From Octopus vulgaris (taxonomy: Eukaryota): DNA of 64,000 nt. Location: positions 19,902,001-19,966,000 of the forward strand of contig OX597816.1 of the NCBI GenBank assembly GCA_951406725.2. Direction: 5' to 3'. A program made the translations under genes and the position numbers. Positions 12,633 through 25,793 of the stretch are shown here, one piece after another; within the stretch, counting starts at the first letter, position 1; the number at the start of each line of letters is the position of its first letter. Under the pieces are notes generated by a model. It saw only the letters and a list, made by a program, of their open reading frames with translations, did not search any database and had not been told where the DNA came from.

Positions 12633-12956
12633 GAAGGCGCGTGACTTAGTGGGTAGGGCATTCGGCTTGCGATCGTAAGGTCATGAGTTCAATTCCTCGA
12701 GACGCGTTGTGTCCTTGAGCTGGACATGATATTTTCCCTTGCTCCAGGCCAATCAGCTGGCCAAAAATAAGTATTACCTGTATTTCAAAGGGTAATCCTT
12801 GTCACACTCTGTGTCATGGTGAATCTCCCTGGGAGCTAAGTTAAATGTACACGTGTCTGTGGGTGCTCACCCACTTATACGTTAATTTCACGAGACGGCT
12901 TTTCCGTTGTTCGCATCGGCTGAGACCCTTGTCGCCGGAACCGACGGCGTGCTCCG
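12633..12956 (+). mobile_element. SINE head D + tail Z
   Basis: Head ggcgcgtgacttagtgggtagg..gagttcaattcc. Tail tacctgtatttcaaaggg..tacacgtgtctgtgg..aaccgacgg shared with 22036-22418. Confidence 0.8.
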
Positions 12957-13080
12957 TATATATATATATATATATATATAATGTGGATATAAACAAAGGG
13001 TAATACTATGGATTACTACCAGTGGCCCAGCACAAAAGACGAATTAGTCATTAGACAAAATATTATTCATATAGAAATAT

Positions 13081-13260
13081 AATTAAGGGCTCCTGAATAA
13101 GGATGCCGAGTGCATACATATTCTGTTTGTTTTGCTAGAAAGAGGTAGAAACTGATCGGTCCGAGATGTATCGTTAATGGTAAATGTTTTTGATTTTCAC
13201 TCTCGATAAATCTATCCTTTTTTTGTGCCCCTAGCACTTGGCATCCTTATTCTGGATACC

Positions 13261-13266
<6 letters not shown>
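13081..13266. mobile_element. MITE-like or partially inverted element with 33-bp inverted repeats, beside (TA)n
   Basis: aattaagggctcctgaataaggatgccgagtgc (13081-13113) matches the reverse complement of 13234-13266 at 29/33. Confidence 0.7.
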
Positions 13267-13310
<44 letters not shown>

Positions 13311-13647
13311 TGTATGTATCTCTCTGTCGTGTTCCCTCCCGCTCTCTCTATACATATATAATATATATATATATGTTTGTGTGTAGATATGTAAATATAT
13401 ATTATATATGTATAGAGAGAGAAGGAGGGAACAAGATAGAGAGATACATAGATTCTTGGAAACATTCTTGCACGCATACATACATAATACATACACAAAC
13501 ACACATATATATGTGTATGTGAGTTTGCATAAGAAAGGTGTCTCACACCTAAAGATGAAAAGACAATTGAACTAGAAGAAATTGCTTTTAGTTCTACTCT
13601 GTATATGCGTTTAATTTTCCTCAGTTTCTGAAAGTTTTTTCTTTGCA

Positions 13648-16600
13648 ATATCTTCACGTTATCAGTGTAATCTTCTGCTTGAGGATCCTACATTAAGATA
13701 ATACTATCTCTTATAAACTTTCTGCAGTTTAAAAACATTGGCCCTTCATATTTATAGCTTCTTTTAAGCGGGCGATTTTACCAATACGAAATTTGTTATT
13801 CTCTCGCATAAAAATAGTTTTGTTTGAAATAGAGGAACCTAACACGTTCGGAAAATAATTGTTGAACTCGTAATGCATGATTGATGTTGAAAGAAAATGT
13901 TTAATGAGTTACTAACTCTAACGGTTGTATTATGTTTATATTTTTGAAATACTCGTTTGTTGTTTATATTTTGTTACATTTGGAGTAAAAATAATTTCTT
14001 AAGAACGAGAAATAACACCAATTAGCTACTAATTATGAGCTAAAAATATTTATTGCAAATGAAATATTGGAAACAAATATGTAATTTACTAATAAACTTA
14101 AAAAGTTTTAAGATATTTGCTTTTCTTTTAAATATTTTCTAACGTAAAATTACTTGAAATTATCTTCTTAACTAGGAAATATTGAGCTTGTATATGCGTT
14201 TAGAATTTTAAATTATTTCTGAATGATAGTGTGAGAATTAATTTCACTTAATTGTCTTGCGCTTTATTTGTCCGTTACAGTACCACATAGCAAATATTTC
14301 AGGGAACATGACTAGAGTTATTGATCTCTATGTCATTTTATATTTTGGACACATGACGAAAATTGTGTAGATTAATTTACCTCAATAAGGAGGACCACCT
14401 CATATTGTACATATACATGTGAAATCGAGTTACAATTGAAAGTTAAATCATGTGTGTTGATTAAAGATTGTTCCAACTGCTTCAAGCATAAATATATTAT
14501 ATATTATGGTCATATTTGGAACACTTAGACGATAGGTCTGTTACACCAGGGATTAATATATATATAAATGTTTCTAATAACTGACAGCGAAACAAGAATT
14601 ATACAATATGTAGAAGTTATAATTAGAAACATGATCTGTTCCATTGTGTTATTGACTAATTCTTCGGTAGATTACAATACTTAGATGGGAACAGGAAAAA
14701 TATTAAGATAACCCTTTGGCAGGCAGTCTTTATTTAATAAAATGAAGTTATTCTGTAATTGGTATTTCATGTTTGGTTTATTTCGCGGTTTTGACATTTA
14801 TTACATCAACTTGAGTGACATAGATCAACATGTTCATATCAGAGCAGTCATACAAGAAATTCTGATATGAAAAGTTGCGCAGATGACTTAGCTAGAGATG
14901 AGAAGCTTTCATTAAAACGTAATTTATGAACACTTACTTGTGGTTACGTCGATGTTGCTGCTATTGTTTCGCTCCGGGTCGGCTTTGTGCACCGAATAAT
15001 TCATGTGACAAATCTATTATTCAGGAATACAATCAACTGATGTTGATAAAGGCGTAACGCTTACCGCTGTAGGCAAATAATCCCCATACCTTATCTACCG
15101 AACAAATGAAATGTTTTAATTATTAATAAATACATTTCTGCGAGATCAGGTCAACCAACGAACCCTGGTTACTTCATGACAAATTTTATTCGCTGTAGAA
15201 GTACGCAACTTCGAAGACCTGTTACGTGATGTAATTTTTTTATAAGATGCTACTTTTTGTTTAGCTATACATAAATTCGTCGCAACTGTGTAAACATACA
15301 GAATATAACAAGCCAAAATAATAATATAAAAGTACTTTGTATAACTTGAATTTATACATAAATCCGGTTGTGTTAATTTTTTTAAAATGTTTAACAACAA
15401 TATGGATGTCTAAATGTTTATATTTTCTAGATATGAACTCAGAATGTAAAATACCAACCACGACGAACTAAAACTATTATCTATTTGGCAGCTTTGACAC
15501 AACACTGAAATAGAAGCAAATTATAACACAACTAACGCCCAATCTGACACACTCTACAAGAAATTATAATTATATTGACAGTTTATCAAGCGAGTAAATA
15601 ATATTTTCTAAGGTAGACTGACCAACGTTTTGAGGGAAGGAGCCGTTTCACTCTGGTGATTAATTTGAATCAGTCTTCATGTGATTTGAACTTAGATGTT
15701 AAAGGTATGTAGACCAATTTTTAAAGACATTTGACTCGACAAACTAGTAATATCTCCAAGCCCACAGATACTTTTTTTGTTTTACTTTTTTGAAGTAAAT
15801 GTGTTCAAGGATATACTGTTAATTATACGCTCTCTGAAAGATTAATATTTGGCGAGAAAGTTTTACACACGTTTCGATGTATCTATTTGACATTGAATGA
15901 TAAAAATGATTTCCAACTATGGATCTGTAACGTAGAATAAGTTCGTAAATATAAATGTTTCTCAAAAATGCTAAGAGTACAAAATGTTTTATATGACACA
16001 TTCTACCAGTGTCCGAAGTTTGAGAGTGTTTATTGGCAAATAATAATTTTTAAAATCTGTCGGTCAAAAGGTAAAGATCCCGAACTACCACATAATTTCT
16101 ATCTCGATAATTACTGAGAGGCGGATTATACCTTCACCGTTAAAAAGACGTAGGTAAATACTCGATATTATTTGCTTTCATACACGAGGATATTTTCAAC
16201 CCACCAATCTTCAAGCAAATTTCTTCCGTGGTATTCAGTTAAATTTCTCGTTTGTTACGTGGCAAAGATTACGCAAGAAAGCGTGAAGCTCGTATGAAGA
16301 GAATATATTTAATGATCAAATGAATATAATGTTCAATATATCTTCTAAGCCGCAACTTTTATTAAGTTAAAACTGATAGTCGAAATGCTGCATGCCATGA
16401 ATTTGCAATTAACTGGAATTCCTTCTGAAATAATTCAGTAGTAAACATAATTTGAATACATTACAAAGTAATTTCTCAATAAATTTCGATGCTTTAGGAA
16501 AAGGAATTCTAATCATTGTTTGTCGTCGAAATTATTAAGACCATATATTTCTATCAATTTAATGTGAGCAACATAATACACCAAAGCCTGCAGAACAGCG

Positions 16601-17225
16601 GATAGGAGTCTATGTAGAAAAACAAAGCTACGTATACAAATAATAAAGCCGCTGTATCATCTTTCAGCCTCTGATAGACGAAGATGGTACTCTGCATAGA
16701 GGGACACAATACATAGTTGAGATGTGGTCTCCCTACATGAGACAGAATATTGTAAAAATTTAGGCTCCCTAGATATCGACCACAAGGAAATCAGACAGAG
16801 TAATGGGTCTTTTCCCGTCCAACGTCGCCGTGAGCTCTATATCATTAATATGATGTGGAAAATATTCCAACAGCGCAGTACAAATGATGTTTGCATTTAG
16901 TTTACAATTCACCCAAAGTTTGGATGCTGTGCTGCAAGTTCTCTACAAGATATGTTCGTATCACAACACAAAACTAAGACAGAAATGTTTAACCTCAACC
17001 GGCACTGCTCTCTTTAACATCATACGTAGTCACAAGAATGATGAAAATATTCCCTAATATTTAAACGGTTCCTGGACGATTATTTCAATCGAATAACAGA
17101 TAAACTACCTACCCTCCAATATATGTCTGCCAACAATGATTCTCTACTCGAATGGGGTTATGATTCCTATAGAACGACTATTATGAAACAAGTTTAAATG
17201 TATTTTACGGGTGGTGCTATTAAGT
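13648..17225. repeat. 3578-bp block, copy 1 (duplicated at 17326-20903)
   Basis: Identical ORFs offset by exactly 3678 bp. No mismatch seen by eye. Confidence 0.97.
16712..17225 (+). pseudogene. Decayed CR1/L2-group LINE ORF2 3' end (cut by the gap)
   Basis: ccaacgtcgccgtgagctctatatcattaatatgatgtggaaaatattc (QRRRE.YII.MMWKI) is homologous to the LINE at 48911. Stops and frameshifts present. Confidence 0.75.
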
Positions 17226-17325
17226 NNNNNNNNNNNNNNNNNNNNNNNNNNNNNNNNNNNNNNNNNNNNNNNNNNNNNNNNNNNNNNNNNNNNNNNNNNN
17301 NNNNNNNNNNNNNNNNNNNNNNNNN
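17226..17325. other. Assembly gap (100 N)
   Basis: Run of 100 N. Confidence 1.
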
Positions 17326-20300
17326 ATATCTTCACGTTATCAGTGTAATCTTCTGCTTGAGGATCCTACATTAAGATAATACTATCTCTTATAAACTTTC
17401 TGCAGTTTAAAAACATTGGCCCTTCATATTTATAGCTTCTTTTAAGCGGGCGATTTTACCAATACGAAATTTGTTATTCTCTCGCATAAAAATAGTTTTG
17501 TTTGAAATAGAGGAACCTAACACGTTCGGAAAATAATTGTTGAACTCGTAATGCATGATTGATGTTGAAAGAAAATGTTTAATGAGTTACTAACTCTAAC
17601 GGTTGTATTATGTTTATATTTTTGAAATACTCGTTTGTTGTTTATATTTTGTTACATTTGGAGTAAAAATAATTTCTTAAGAACGAGAAATAACACCAAT
17701 TAGCTACTAATTATGAGCTAAAAATATTTATTGCAAATGAAATATTGGAAACAAATATGTAATTTACTAATAAACTTAAAAAGTTTTAAGATATTTGCTT
17801 TTCTTTTAAATATTTTCTAACGTAAAATTACTTGAAATTATCTTCTTAACTAGGAAATATTGAGCTTGTATATGCGTTTAGAATTTTAAATTATTTCTGA
17901 ATGATAGTGTGAGAATTAATTTCACTTAATTGTCTTGCGCTTTATTTGTCCGTTACAGTACCACATAGCAAATATTTCAGGGAACATGACTAGAGTTATT
18001 GATCTCTATGTCATTTTATATTTTGGACACATGACGAAAATTGTGTAGATTAATTTACCTCAATAAGGAGGACCACCTCATATTGTACATATACATGTGA
18101 AATCGAGTTACAATTGAAAGTTAAATCATGTGTGTTGATTAAAGATTGTTCCAACTGCTTCAAGCATAAATATATTATATATTATGGTCATATTTGGAAC
18201 ACTTAGACGATAGGTCTGTTACACCAGGGATTAATATATATATAAATGTTTCTAATAACTGACAGCGAAACAAGAATTATACAATATGTAGAAGTTATAA
18301 TTAGAAACATGATCTGTTCCATTGTGTTATTGACTAATTCTTCGGTAGATTACAATACTTAGATGGGAACAGGAAAAATATTAAGATAACCCTTTGGCAG
18401 GCAGTCTTTATTTAATAAAATGAAGTTATTCTGTAATTGGTATTTCATGTTTGGTTTATTTCGCGGTTTTGACATTTATTACATCAACTTGAGTGACATA
18501 GATCAACATGTTCATATCAGAGCAGTCATACAAGAAATTCTGATATGAAAAGTTGCGCAGATGACTTAGCTAGAGATGAGAAGCTTTCATTAAAACGTAA
18601 TTTATGAACACTTACTTGTGGTTACGTCGATGTTGCTGCTATTGTTTCGCTCCGGGTCGGCTTTGTGCACCGAATAATTCATGTGACAAATCTATTATTC
18701 AGGAATACAATCAACTGATGTTGATAAAGGCGTAACGCTTACCGCTGTAGGCAAATAATCCCCATACCTTATCTACCGAACAAATGAAATGTTTTAATTA
18801 TTAATAAATACATTTCTGCGAGATCAGGTCAACCAACGAACCCTGGTTACTTCATGACAAATTTTATTCGCTGTAGAAGTACGCAACTTCGAAGACCTGT
18901 TACGTGATGTAATTTTTTTATAAGATGCTACTTTTTGTTTAGCTATACATAAATTCGTCGCAACTGTGTAAACATACAGAATATAACAAGCCAAAATAAT
19001 AATATAAAAGTACTTTGTATAACTTGAATTTATACATAAATCCGGTTGTGTTAATTTTTTTAAAATGTTTAACAACAATATGGATGTCTAAATGTTTATA
19101 TTTTCTAGATATGAACTCAGAATGTAAAATACCAACCACGACGAACTAAAACTATTATCTATTTGGCAGCTTTGACACAACACTGAAATAGAAGCAAATT
19201 ATAACACAACTAACGCCCAATCTGACACACTCTACAAGAAATTATAATTATATTGACAGTTTATCAAGCGAGTAAATAATATTTTCTAAGGTAGACTGAC
19301 CAACGTTTTGAGGGAAGGAGCCGTTTCACTCTGGTGATTAATTTGAATCAGTCTTCATGTGATTTGAACTTAGATGTTAAAGGTATGTAGACCAATTTTT
19401 AAAGACATTTGACTCGACAAACTAGTAATATCTCCAAGCCCACAGATACTTTTTTTGTTTTACTTTTTTGAAGTAAATGTGTTCAAGGATATACTGTTAA
19501 TTATACGCTCTCTGAAAGATTAATATTTGGCGAGAAAGTTTTACACACGTTTCGATGTATCTATTTGACATTGAATGATAAAAATGATTTCCAACTATGG
19601 ATCTGTAACGTAGAATAAGTTCGTAAATATAAATGTTTCTCAAAAATGCTAAGAGTACAAAATGTTTTATATGACACATTCTACCAGTGTCCGAAGTTTG
19701 AGAGTGTTTATTGGCAAATAATAATTTTTAAAATCTGTCGGTCAAAAGGTAAAGATCCCGAACTACCACATAATTTCTATCTCGATAATTACTGAGAGGC
19801 GGATTATACCTTCACCGTTAAAAAGACGTAGGTAAATACTCGATATTATTTGCTTTCATACACGAGGATATTTTCAACCCACCAATCTTCAAGCAAATTT
19901 CTTCCGTGGTATTCAGTTAAATTTCTCGTTTGTTACGTGGCAAAGATTACGCAAGAAAGCGTGAAGCTCGTATGAAGAGAATATATTTAATGATCAAATG
20001 AATATAATGTTCAATATATCTTCTAAGCCGCAACTTTTATTAAGTTAAAACTGATAGTCGAAATGCTGCATGCCATGAATTTGCAATTAACTGGAATTCC
20101 TTCTGAAATAATTCAGTAGTAAACATAATTTGAATACATTACAAAGTAATTTCTCAATAAATTTCGATGCTTTAGGAAAAGGAATTCTAATCATTGTTTG
20201 TCGTCGAAATTATTAAGACCATATATTTCTATCAATTTAATGTGAGCAACATAATACACCAAAGCCTGCAGAACAGCGGATAGGAGTCTATGTAGAAAAA

Positions 20301-20903
20301 CAAAGCTACGTATACAAATAATAAAGCCGCTGTATCATCTTTCAGCCTCTGATAGACGAAGATGGTACTCTGCATAGAGGGACACAATACATAGTTGAGA
20401 TGTGGTCTCCCTACATGAGACAGAATATTGTAAAAATTTAGGCTCCCTAGATATCGACCACAAGGAAATCAGACAGAGTAATGGGTCTTTTCCCGTCCAA
20501 CGTCGCCGTGAGCTCTATATCATTAATATGATGTGGAAAATATTCCAACAGCGCAGTACAAATGATGTTTGCATTTAGTTTACAATTCACCCAAAGTTTG
20601 GATGCTGTGCTGCAAGTTCTCTACAAGATATGTTCGTATCACAACACAAAACTAAGACAGAAATGTTTAACCTCAACCGGCACTGCTCTCTTTAACATCA
20701 TACGTAGTCACAAGAATGATGAAAATATTCCCTAATATTTAAACGGTTCCTGGACGATTATTTCAATCGAATAACAGATAAACTACCTACCCTCCAATAT
20801 ATGTCTGCCAACAATGATTCTCTACTCGAATGGGGTTATGATTCCTATAGAACGACTATTATGAAACAAGTTTAAATGTATTTTACGGGTGGTGCTATTA
20901 AGT
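17326..20903. repeat. 3578-bp block, copy 2
   Basis: Starts atatcttcacg as at 13648 and ends gctattaagt as at 17225. Confidence 0.97.
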
Positions 20904-20952
20904 TAGACATGACCTGGCCCAATGTTGGCCGAAGCTTCTCTAAATATCTAAG
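20390..20952 (+). pseudogene. Decayed CR1/L2-group LINE 3' end with 3' UTR and short-repeat tail
   Basis: WSPYMRQNIVKI and QRRRE.YII remnants. 3' UTR ggtggtgctattaagttagacatg.cctgg and ctaag-type tail shared with 49394-49465. Confidence 0.8.
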
Positions 20953-21833
20953 TAACTAAGTTGGTTAAAAAGAAAACTTAAAAGGGCTATTGTCAGGAAT
21001 TTGAAATAATAAGGTATGCAGTCAAGTACTTAGCAGTATATGCAAAATATTTTAATTACTTGATCCGGAGAGAGAAGACACAAGTTAGAAGCGTATTTAA
21101 GCTTAAGTAAGAGAAAATAAAATAAAAGATTAGAAATTATGAATTAATTTCCTCCTTCCTTTTCAATGTTTAGAGAAAGCAATCCGTTGTTTCGAGGTTC
21201 GATCTAAATACGTTTCAGCATTCTTTAACTTCACAGCATTCTAATTTTATTTATGGAAATAGTATATATGTCTGTATTTTGTAATGACAAATAAGCTGGA
21301 AGCAATTGAGCTATGCTATGTACATTTTCGACTGTACATAGTAAAGCCTGTATATTTTGTTGCGAAAGAGAAGTGTCCATATAACCAAAAGTTCCATAGA
21401 AAATTCCCTTACGTTTGTATAGTATTTCACTTTCTTAATGGCGAAGATGACACATTTGACAATATATATCTTGAAGCACTGGAAGCCACAAGAGAAATTA
21501 CTTCTCAGTTCCACGTTTCATTACAGGTCAGCTATAACAATGTTTAGCTACCAATATTCAAGTCAAAGGCGTAATCTGAATTTAACACGCACACACAAAC
21601 ACATGTACACCAGTATATAAACATATCCTTTCTGCTATGGTACCTGGTACCTGTCCAGAGAATTTTACGGAGGGTGGCTGATAGTTAATTAATCGAACAG
21701 TGTTCATCTGTTTCATAGTTCATCGATCAGGAAGTGAAGGGAAGTGACGTCGTCTTCGTCAGAATTCGATATCCATGCTGTTAGACATTTTGTCCAGTCT
21801 GCAAACCATTTTGTATTTTCATACTTAAATAAA

Positions 21834-21903
<70 letters not shown>

Positions 21904-22035
21904 ACATTATATAGGTAGATCTCAGTGCAGCCTGAGAAATCTGGTTTAAGAGTCAGCATCGCTAGACTGTAGCCGTCATAAAAAATAGGAGTCTTATTTG
22001 CGCATTCAGAATCTTATATATATACATATCTATCA

Positions 22036-22418
22036 ACGTGGCACTACGTCGGTTACGACAACGAGGGTTCCAGTTAATCGGGTCAACAGAACAGCCTGCT
22101 CCTGAAATCAACCTGAAGTTGGCGGAGCACTCCACAGACACGTGTACTCTTAACGTAATTCTCAGGGAGTTTCAGCATTACACAGATTGTGTCAAAGCTG
22201 GCCCTTTGAAATACAGGTACAACAGAAACAGGAAGAAAGATTGAGAGAAAGTTGTGGTGAAAGAGTACACCAGAGTTCGCCACCAACCCCTACCGGAGTC
22301 TAGTGGACATTTAGGTGTTTTCGTTCAATAAACACTCACAACGCCCAGTCTGAGAATGGAGACCACAATCCTACGACCTCGAGTCCGCTGCCCTGACCAT
22401 TGGGTCATTGCGCCTCCA
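22036..22418 (-). mobile_element. SINE head C + tail Z
   Basis: Reverse complement begins ttggaggcgcaatgacccaatggtcagggcagcggactcg. The 3' part matches the tail of 12633-12956. Confidence 0.85.
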
Positions 22419-22522
22419 ACACATAGATATACATACCTATAATTACTGTGTATGATATCAGGTTAAAAAAATTAAACATTTTATTAGCATTGGTTTTCAT
22501 GCTTAATAAAAGTCACAAGACA

Positions 22523-22928
22523 TACTCTCTTTGACTGAGGCCATGCTGGAGCACCGCCTTTTAGTCGAGCAAATCGACCCCAGGACTTATTCTTTGTAAG
22601 CTTAGTACTTATTCTATCGGTCTCTTTTGCCGAAACGCTAAGTTACGGGGACGTAAACACACCAGCATCGGTTGTCAAGCGATGTTGGGGGGACAAACAC
22701 AGACACACAAACACACACACACACACACACACATTTATATATATATATATATATATACATATACATGACGGGCTTCTTTTAGTTTCCGTCTACCAAATCC
22801 ACTCACAAGGCTTTGGTCGGCCCGAGGCTATAGTAGAAGACACTTGCCGAAGGTGCCACGCAGTGGGATTGAACCCGGATCCATGTGGTTGGTAAGCAAG
22901 CTACTTACCACACAGCCGCTCCTACGCC
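22523..22928 (-). mobile_element. SINE family A
   Basis: Near full length, with internal (CA)n(TA)n. Confidence 0.92.
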
Positions 22929-23689
22929 TATGATATATATGTTATATATATAAGAGTGTATAAAGATTTATACACAGAGGGAAGACCCTTGACAGGACTT
23001 CTTAAATTATAAAAAGGGCAATTAACCCCAAATCACGAAAAAATAATTCTAAAGCCACGCCGATAATGGCAGCAATATTAGTTAATCCCATACTCGAGTT
23101 TCCCTTTTAATGAGCAAATAAATTAATCTATCATCCGTAGTTCATCAGTGGGATCCCTAAAAAATGCTTGATTATGTAGCTTTAAAACGTTCGGAAAACA
23201 CGTGCAAGCTCCATCTTTATACATTATGGATTTAAATCAAGTGCGCAAGCGTAGTAACATAGCTCAGCAGCAAATAATAATTTTAAACTGTTCTGCATGA
23301 CATATGAATTAGAAAATTTAAATATGTAAATTATGAGGGTAAAAATTTAAAATAATTTATTCCCAGTGGTTCGTATGCTTAATAAAAATTATGACATAAC
23401 ATTTTTATACACAAGAGTGTATAAATAATAACGTATGTATATGTGTGTATGTGCAAAATATTTAATTATATGAATATAATTATAGTAAGGGCACTAATGT
23501 GTAGCGCCACATGCTAGAAAGAGACGCCAAAGAGCTCTACGGACTACATTATTTACCTCGATCGAGGTGAAAACGAGGGAAATGAACGTAAAAGATATTT
23601 ATGTCTATGTATTTATTCGATTATGTGTTTTCTTAGCAACATTACAGATTACGAAAACGTGTGTTGAAACAGATATTGCTATATTTTCT

Positions 23690-23900
23690 TACGGTCATTG
23701 TTGTTTTCTTGCCTAATAAACACACGCAGAATGGACTAAACAAAACAGGAGACACTTGCGAAGGGGGTTTCTGAAGAGGTCACAGTATGTGTGACGGAAG
23801 AATCCCCAAAAGCGGGCAAATCAAGAACAATAACATACACGTGAAGAATGAATATATAATGCGTATATTTAGCAAGAAGAAGGACAATCTTGAAATATAA
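23690..23900 (+). mobile_element. Decayed hammerhead-bearing repeat (same family as 1-180) with an inverted partial copy upstream
   Basis: CTGAAGA (23771-23777) - G - GTCAC/7 nt/GTGAC - GGAA (core mutated). 23690-23730 resembles the reverse complement of 122-157. Confidence 0.55.
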
Positions 23901-23939
23901 CTATATATGATAACAATACAAACACATCTATATATAATG

Positions 23940-24331
23940 TGAGTGGCTGTGTGGTAAGTAGCTTGCTTACCAACCACATGGTTCCGGGTTCAGTCCCAGT
24001 GCGTGGCGTCTTGGGCGAGTGCCTTCTGCTATAGCCTCGGGCCGACCAAAGCCTTGTGAGTGGATTTGGTAGACGGAAACTGAAAGAAGCCTGTCGTATA
24101 TATGTATATATATATATGTTTGTGTGTCTGTGTTTGTCCCCCTAGCATTGCTTGACAACCGATGCTGGTGTGTTTACATCCCCGTCACTTAGCGGTTCGG
24201 CAAAAGAGACCGATAGAATAAGTACTGGGCTTACAAAGAATAAGTCCCGGGGTTGATTTGCTCGACTAAAGGCGGTGCTCCAGCATGGCCGCAGTGAAAT
24301 GACTGAAACAAGTAAAAGAGTAAAAGAGTAA
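23940..24331 (+). mobile_element. SINE family A
   Basis: gagtggctgtgtggtaagtagc..gactgaaacaagtaaaagagtaaaagagta. Confidence 0.92.
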
Positions 24332-24670
24332 ATAATATATATGATAGTGTGTGTGCGTGTGAGTGCACATATATATGTATATTTTGTCCAAAATTTTTAC
24401 AAAAGAAATCGAGAAAATTAACACATATACACATTTGTACAATATCAGGTGACATATTATGGGTGACTTGTTTGTCAGTGGAGTATAATATTTAAGCGGA
24501 GAAGTGGAAATATATGTTGAACCCTTTGGCAATTTTTATTTCATGATGCGAATTTTATTATTAGAATTTCACGTTTCGCTCATTTCTCACATTTAAGATT
24601 ATATGAAACAACTGTATTGACGAAAATAACATGGGCATATAAGAATAATAAGGCATTGTATATTAATATT

Positions 24671-24978
24671 GTGGAGGTGCAATGACCCAGTGGTTAGGGC
24701 AGCAGACTCGTGGTCGTAGGATCGCGGTTTCGATTCCCAGACCGGGCGTTGTGAGTGTTTATTGAGCGAAAACAGCTAAAAGCTCCACGAGGCTCCGGCA
24801 GGGGGTGGTGATCCCTGCTGTACTCTTTCACCACTCTTTCTCTCGCTCTTTCTTCTGTTAGCCTGCTCGCTTAGCCAGCGGGGTGGCGTCATTCGAAAAC
24901 TAAAACAATGCGGACGCATTGTGACCAGCGATGTGTAACTACATCTGATGGACTGATCGGTCACGTGATCACGTGATA
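24671..24978 (+). mobile_element. SINE head C + tail Y
   Basis: Head as at 8474. Tail gcctgctcgcttagccagcgggg..ggtcacgtgatcacgtgata. Flanked by taatatt on both sides (probable TSD). Confidence 0.9.
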
Positions 24979-25476
24979 TTAATATTAGAGTATGCTCTGG
25001 TGATTGAAACATAGAATGAAGCTCTATTGTTTCTTTAACATCAAATCTGTTTTGATCGAGTAGACCGACAATGTACCATGTTACATACATCGTCGTCATT
25101 TCTGAGAGTGCCTAAGCCACTATTGCGCGACGTGCATCCCAACATTACGACAATAATGAAAGATAGTTCTGCTCTAACGACCATCCATGTTTGTTTTTGT
25201 TCGGTTTCTTTGTATCTCATCACTGTCATGTTTTTGCTCCCAATTGTGGGCTGTCTGTCTACTCCTCGTTTCGTGCATTCAACGACCATAAAGTTTAGGA
25301 TTTCTGGAGGGTCAAAGTTGGGAGCAAAAACATGACAGTGAGGACATACAAAGAAATCGAACTGAAAAAAACATGCATGGTCGTTAGAGCAGAACTATCT
25401 TTCATTATTGTCGTAATGTTGGGATCACGTCGCTCAATACAGGCTTCGGCGCTCTCAGAAATGACGACCATGTATA

Positions 25477-25793
25477 TGGAGGCAGTTGCCGCAACCGTGG
25501 AGACTGGCGACGTACCGTAAGAGAGGGAATACAAAGGAGTGACAGAGAGAGAGAGAGAGAGAGAGGAGAAATGGAAAGACAAGAAAAGACGTCAACAAGA
25601 AACTATGGCATTACAAACAGCCAGGAACAGTCTTCGCTACATTTGCGGTACCTGCCAGAGGGAGTGTTTGTCCAGGATAGGACTACACAGCCACAGCAGG
25701 AAATGTATCAGGACATGAAATGTAAAAGCCGGACTAGACTACTTTATGCGCAACTCCATTGTCTCCCGAGACAAAAAAGGATGCCAACCAACC
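25477..25793 (+). pseudogene. 5'-truncated RTE-clade LINE: ORF C-terminus and 3' UTR
   Basis: Manual translation gives EAVAA/NRGDWRRTVREGIQRSD..(frameshift in (GA)n)..EEKWKDKKRRQQETMALQTARNSLRYICGTCQRECLSRIGLHSHSRKCIRT*, stop at 25716-25718. The CxxC..SRIGLxSH zinc finger is typical of RTE elements. Tail ccattgtctcccgagac..ggatgccaaccaacc. Confidence 0.85.

Noticed and set aside
15146-19679. Duplicated ORFs (15146/18824, 15261/18939, 15819/19497) as tandem paralogous genes
   Set aside because: Short AT-rich ORFs with no recognisable homology, duplicated only because of the gap-flanking block.
21660-21815. CTGACGA on the minus strand near 21756-21762 as a hammerhead core
   Set aside because: No stem II-GAAA follows; the region looks like a decayed SINE B.
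24671-24745. tRNA genes at SINE heads (also 1747, 8474, 36608, 44207, 47589)
   Set aside because: A- and B-box-like motifs are present but there is no complete cloverleaf, and each continues into a repeated SINE body.
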